Shown here in pieces: positions 57,989-64,000 of a stretch of DNA of 64,000 bases (the stretch's first letter is position 1; the number at the start of each line of letters is the position of its first letter). A program made the translations under genes and the position numbers. This DNA comes from an uncultured Acidobacteriota bacterium (lineage in GTDB: Bacteria; Acidobacteriota; Vicinamibacteria; Fen-336). A model generated the notes under the pieces. It was not told the origin of the DNA. It saw nothing but the letters and a program-made list of their open reading frames with translations, and did not search any database. The stretch is from positions 352,001 through 416,000 of the forward strand of contig OY970399.1 in NCBI GenBank assembly GCA_963720545.1, written 5' to 3'.

Positions 57989-59289
57989 GAAGGCGGCGCT
58001 TCCTGCGGCTGCTTCGCGCGCTTGCGCCGGCTGAGGATGACGCCGCGCTGCGACGCCTTCACGAATGCGAGCACGCGCAGCACCTCTTCGCCGTGGCCGT
58101 CTTCGGCCTCGAGGGCGGCGACCGCCGCCGAGAGGTGCGTGGCCTGCGCCGACAACAGGCGGAAGGCGCGGCGGATGGCCTTGATCGCCGCGGGACTGAA
58201 GCCGCGCCGCGACAGGCCGACGCTGTTGGGTCCGTAGAAATAGGCGCGGTTGCCGACCGTCTTCGAGTACGGCAGCACGTCGCGAGTGGCGATGGTCGCG
58301 CCGCCCATGAAGGCGTGGGTGCCGATGCGGCAGAACTGGTGCACCGCCGAGAACGCCGATACCGTCGCCCAGTCCTCCACCAGCACGTGCCCGCCGAGCG
58401 TCGCGTTGTTGCCGAGGATGGTGTTGTCGCCCACCTGGCAGTCGTGCGCGATGTGCGCGTAGTTCATGATGTGGTTGCCGCTGCCGATGCGCGTCACCGA
58501 GCCGCCCTGCGCGGTGCCGCGGTTGACGGTGACGAACTCGCGGAAGGTGTTGCGGTCGCCGATCTCGAGGCGGGTGGGCTCGCCCGCGTACTTCAGGTCC
58601 TGCGCCGGCTGGCCGATCGAGGCGTACGGAAAGACACGGTTGCCGGCGCCCATCTTCGTGGGACCGGCGATCACCGCATGGGATTCGACGATGGTGCCGG
58701 GGCCGAGCTCGACGTCCTTGCCGATGACCGCGTAGGGCCCGATGCGCACGCCGTGCCCGAGCACGGCGCCGGGCGCCACCTGCGCGGTCTCGTGGACGTC
58801 GGGCGGCCGCAGGTGCTGCACCTGCAGCAGCAGGCGTGCCTCGGCGACGCGCGCGTCGCCGGCGCGGATCTCGCCGCGCATGCGGCACAGGCTGCCGCGG
58901 CGGTGGATCAGCGACACCTCGAGACGCAGGCGATCGCCGGGCACCACGGGTCGGCGGAACTTGGCGTCGTCGATGCCCACCACGTGCACCTCGAGCGCGT
59001 GCGCGTCGTCCGCCTGCTCGAGCAGCCAGATGCCGGCGGCCTGCGCCAGGCTCTCGAGCAGCAGCACGCCGGGCATCACCGGCGCACCGGGAAAGTGCCC
59101 CTCGAAGAACTCCTCCGCGGCGGTCACCGTCTTCGATGCCACGAGCCGCGCCTTCGGGTCGTACTCCAGGATCCGGTCGACCAGGATGAACGGGTACTGG
59201 CTGGGGATGCGGCGGATCAGCGTGCCGATGTCGATCGGCAGCTTCGCCGGCGCGTCGGGCGCGGGCGCTGCGGGTACCTGGAGGCTCAT
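57985..59289 (-). CDS. lpxA: Fused FabZ-like dehydratase + LpxA UDP-GlcNAc acyltransferase
   Basis: YPFILVDR and FFEGHFPGAPVMPGVLLLESLAQ followed in frame by hexapeptide repeats, PAQDLKY, HIAHDC, VHQFCRIG. Confidence 0.9.
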   Translation of the reverse strand: MSLQVPAAPAPDAPAKLPIDIGTLIRRIPSQYPFILVDRILEYDPKARLVASKTVTAAEEFFEGHFPGAPVMPGVLLLESLAQAAGIWLLEQADDAHALEVHVVGIDDAKFRRPVVPGDRLRLEVSLIHRRGSLCRMRGEIRAGDARVAEARLLLQVQHLRPPDVHETAQVAPGAVLGHGVRIGPYAVIGKDVELGPGTIVESHAVIAGPTKMGAGNRVFPYASIGQPAQDLKYAGEPTRLEIGDRNTFREFVTVNRGTAQGGSVTRIGSGNHIMNYAHIAHDCQVGDNTILGNNATLGGHVLVEDWATVSAFSAVHQFCRIGTHAFMGGATIATRDVLPYSKTVGNRAYFYGPNSVGLSRRGFSPAAIKAIRRAFRLLSAQATHLSAAVAALEAEDGHGEEVLRVLAFVKASQRGVILSRRKRAKQPQEAPPS

Positions 59290-59339
59290 GAAGAAGCGGC
59301 CGCCCCGGTTCTTGCGTCGAGCCGGGGCGGGACCCGCGC

Positions 59340-60059
59340 CTACTGCTTCGGCGTCGGGGTTGGCGTTGGCTTGGGCGCCGCCGGGCCGGCCGGCTTGGGC
59401 GCCGCGGCCGGCGCGCCGGCTGCCGGGGAAGCGGCGGCCGGTGCGGGTGCCGCCGCGGCGGCAGGAGCCGCCGGCGCCATCGCGTCGGCCTTCGCCACCA
59501 CCTCGGCGGAGATGTCGTAGGTCTTGTTGAACATCAGCGCCACCTGGTTGTCGATGATGATGTCGATGCCCTTGTCCTTGGCCACCGCGTCGATCACCGG
59601 CTTCAGCTTGCCCTGGAAGTCGGCCTGCAGCGTTGCCGCCTGGCCCTGCGCGCGCTCGCGCAGCCGCTGCAGCTCGCCCTGGCTGTCCTCGATGAAGGCC
59701 TGGCGGTCGCGGTTCTTCTTGACGATCTCCTGGCGCTTGCGCTCCTGCGCCTCGGGGCTCAGGGCCGTGCTCTGTTTGTCGAGCTCGTCCTGCAGGGTCT
59801 TGATCGAAGTGTCGATGCCTTCGAGCTCCTTCTGCTTGCCTTCGCCGCGGGCGTCGATGTCCTTGCGCAGCGCCTCGATCTGCGCCGCGTACGACTTGCC
59901 AAGCTTGCTTTCGGAGGAAACCCGGCCCATGTCGATGACGGCGATGCGCGGCGGCTTCGGGTCGGCCGCGGCGGCCGCGGTCTGCGCCTGCGCGTAAGGC
60001 GCCGATAACAGGGCCACTGCCGCAGCGGTGGTGAGCGACGAACGGAGCGACATTCTCAT
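59340..60059 (-). CDS. skp: Periplasmic chaperone Skp/OmpH with Pro/Ala-rich tail
   Basis: Signal peptide, IAVIDM, coiled coil, DISAEV; follows bamA. Confidence 0.85.
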   Translation of the reverse strand: MRMSLRSSLTTAAAVALLSAPYAQAQTAAAAADPKPPRIAVIDMGRVSSESKLGKSYAAQIEALRKDIDARGEGKQKELEGIDTSIKTLQDELDKQSTALSPEAQERKRQEIVKKNRDRQAFIEDSQGELQRLRERAQGQAATLQADFQGKLKPVIDAVAKDKGIDIIIDNQVALMFNKTYDISAEVVAKADAMAPAAPAAAAAPAPAAASPAAGAPAAAPKPAGPAAPKPTPTPTPKQ

Positions 60060-60068
60060 TTCCTCTCC

Positions 60069-62476
60069 TTAGAAGGTGGTGCCGATCGCGAACTTGAACA
60101 CGGATTTCTTGGTCCCGCTCGGGTTGGTCACGGGATCGTACGCCAGGAACGAGGGCACGTTGGGATTGCGCGCGTAGATCAGCCGGAACGGCACGTTCAG
60201 CACCGGCATGATGAAGCGCAGCTCCGCGCCGTAGGATACCTGCAGCTGGCGCAGGTTGATGTTGAAGCTGTCGTCGAACACCTGGCCGGCATCGCCGAAC
60301 AGCAGCAGGCGCAGCGGGCCGGCCACGTCGAAATAGTACTCGGCGTTGAACAGCAGCACCTTGTTGCCGCCCTCGGGGATGATCTCGTTCTTGTCGTTGC
60401 GCGACACCGGCCCGATGGTGCGGATGTCGTAGCCGCGCACCTGGTACTCGCCGCCGAGCCGCTGCAGGAAGCGCAGGTACGAGGTGAGCGTCGTCTGCCC
60501 TTCCGGCGAACGGTCGATGAGGTACGAGCCCTGCGCGCGCAGCCCGAGCGCCGTGCGCTTCCAGTGCGGGATGTAGACGATGCTCTCGAGCGTCGGCTGC
60601 ATGTAGTCGAGCGTGCCGCCGAGCGGGCCGCCGGCGTAGGTGAAGGTGGCGGTGTGCTTCATGCCGCTGCGCGGCTGGTACGGGTTGTCGGTTGAGTTGT
60701 AGACGAAGGACGGCGAGAAGCGGCTCTCGCGGCGCTTGCCGGTGAAGATGCTCGGGTCGAACAGCAGGCCGCCGGTGCTCTGGCCGGTGCCCGTGCCCGC
60801 CGGCAGCGTCGCCTCGATGACCTGGTACGAATAGGTCGGGAAGATGCGTGACCAGCGGCCCACCGGGAAGCCGTTGGTCAGCGTGACCCCCTTGCGATCC
60901 TCGCTGTAGCCGCCGTAGATCGTGTAGTCGGTGTTGCTCGCGAACAGGTCGATGCCGGCGGTGATCGGCCGATCGAACAGGTACGGCTCGGTGATCGCGA
61001 ACTGGTACGCCTTGGTACGGCCGCCGCGCTGCGCCGACAGCTGGAAGGTCTCGCCCGCGCCGAGGAAGTTGGAGGTGGAGAACGAGCTGTTGATGAAGGT
61101 GCCCTCGAGCCCGGAGACGCCGCCGCCGAACGTGAACTGGTTGCGGTTCTGCTCCTGCACCTTCATCTTGATGTCGAGCTTGTCCTCGCCGACGTCGCTC
61201 GGCAGCAGTTCGGGAGCGCCTTCCATCGGCTTGAAGTAGCCGAGCTGGTTGATGCGCCGGATCGAGAGCTTGAGCAGCTCGGTGTTGAAGACGTCGCCTT
61301 CGTTGAGGTACACCTCGCGGCGGATCACCTTGTCGCGGGTGGTGTCGTTGCCGCTGAAGCTGATGCGGCCGACGTAGTAGCGCTTGTCCTCGTCCATGTT
61401 GAGCGTGACGTTGACGATCTTCTTGGCGTCGTCGCGGTCGCGGTCGGTGCGCCCCTGCATCTGGAAGTAGCCCTGCGCGCCGTAGAACTCGCGGATTTTC
61501 TCGTAGCCCTTCTCGATGCGCGACTCGTTGTAGACGTCGCCCGGCTGCAGCTTGAACAGGCCGCGGATGCCTTCCTCCTTGAACACCGTGAGGCCGGCGA
61601 TCTTGACCGCGCCGACGCGGTACTGCTCGCCTTCGCTGACCGGAATCTCGAGCTTCACATCCTTCTTCGGCTTCTTGCCTTCGCGGCCGCCGTAGTAGCT
61701 GATGACCGGGCGGCCGATGGTGGCAGCGACGTAGCCGCGGTTCAGGAAGTAGTTCTGCAGGCGGCCGTAGTCGCCTTCCTGGCCGGTCCACTTGTCTTCG
61801 GTGAAGGTGTTCTTGCCGCCGAGCCAGCTGAAGTTCCAGAAGCGCCGCTCGCGGATCTTCTTCATCGAGCCGCGCAGGTCGGAGTCGGAGAACACCTTGT
61901 TGCCGACGAAGTCGATCTGCTTGACCACCGCCTTGGCGCCGTCCTCGATGACGAACGACACCTGCCGTCCGGCGCCGCCCGAGAGCACGCTCGCCTGCGT
62001 CTTCACGGTGCCGAACGGACGGCCTTTTTCCATCAGCATTTCCTTGATGATTTCCTCGACGCGGCGGATGCGCGAGGGGTCGTAGAAGCTGTCGACGCGG
62101 ATCGCGGCCTCGCGCTTCTTCAACTCGTCCTCGATCGTCGACTTGCTGAGCGCCTTGCTGCCGCGGAAATCCACGATCAGCACCCTGGGCCGCTCCTGCA
62201 CGATGAAGGTGACGATCTTGCCGCCGGCGGTGCCGTTGACCGAGTCGATGCGGATGTTGTCGAAAAAGCCGGTGTCCCACAGGCGGCGGAAGTCGACGCG
62301 CAGCTGCTCTTCACTGTAGGTGGCGCCCACCTTGGTGGTGACGTAATAGAGGATGGTGTCGCGCTGCAGGAACTGGTTGCCGCGGATCTCGATGCGCTCG
62401 ACGGCGGCCTCCTGCGCGGCGAGCGGCGGTGCCACCACGGCAACCGCGAGGCAGAGGGCGACGGCGAATTTCAGGA

Positions 62477-62480
<4 letters not shown>
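60069..62480 (-). CDS. bamA: Outer membrane protein assembly factor BamA
   Basis: POTRA repeats, GNDTTRDKVIRRE, VRGY, C-terminal FAIGTTF. Confidence 0.95.

Positions 62481-64000
<1,520 letters not shown>

Noticed and set aside
59343..59480. Low-complexity repeats (Skp Pro/Ala tail; also AAKPA repeats near 49300-49340 and DRVDRADR in XerD)
   Set aside because: Ordinary coding linker sequence, not a DNA-level element.

Overview
High-GC diderm bacterial chromosome segment. The gene content (an Oar-type TonB-dependent receptor, four CRTAC1/ASPIC-type proteins, a Ser/Thr kinase with TolB-like repeats) suggests Acidobacteriota, possibly Vicinamibacteria; this is inference only. Housekeeping blocks: metK-xerD-murJ/rpsT/holA-lptE-leuS; miaA-deoB-yceD-rpmF-plsX-fabD-fabG-acpP-fabF-etfBA-ETF:QO; clpC-bamA-skp-(fabZ-lpxA fusion)-lpxI-gnnA-like. 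Between them is a ~27 kb accessory region (25.4-53.1 kb) with four FG-GAP/ASPIC-UnbV proteins, TPR proteins, a membrane-anchored pentaheme cytochrome c-TPR protein, a nitrilase, a GH37 trehalase, a frameshifted TonB-dependent receptor, a glycogen-debranching-type hydrolase and a sugar MFS. Top observations: (1) an iodothyronine-deiodinase-like selenoprotein that the ORF track splits in two, with an in-frame UGA in FGSCT-U-PPF and a SECIS-like hairpin just downstream; (2) a kinase gene bracketed by two direct copies of a composite non-coding element (17/18-bp tandem repeats plus hairpins with compensatory stem changes), resembling a gene cassette; (3) the CRTAC1/TPR/multiheme/TBDR/glycosidase locus as a possible uncharacterised periplasmic system. 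All product calls come from motif recognition by eye; no database searches were run.
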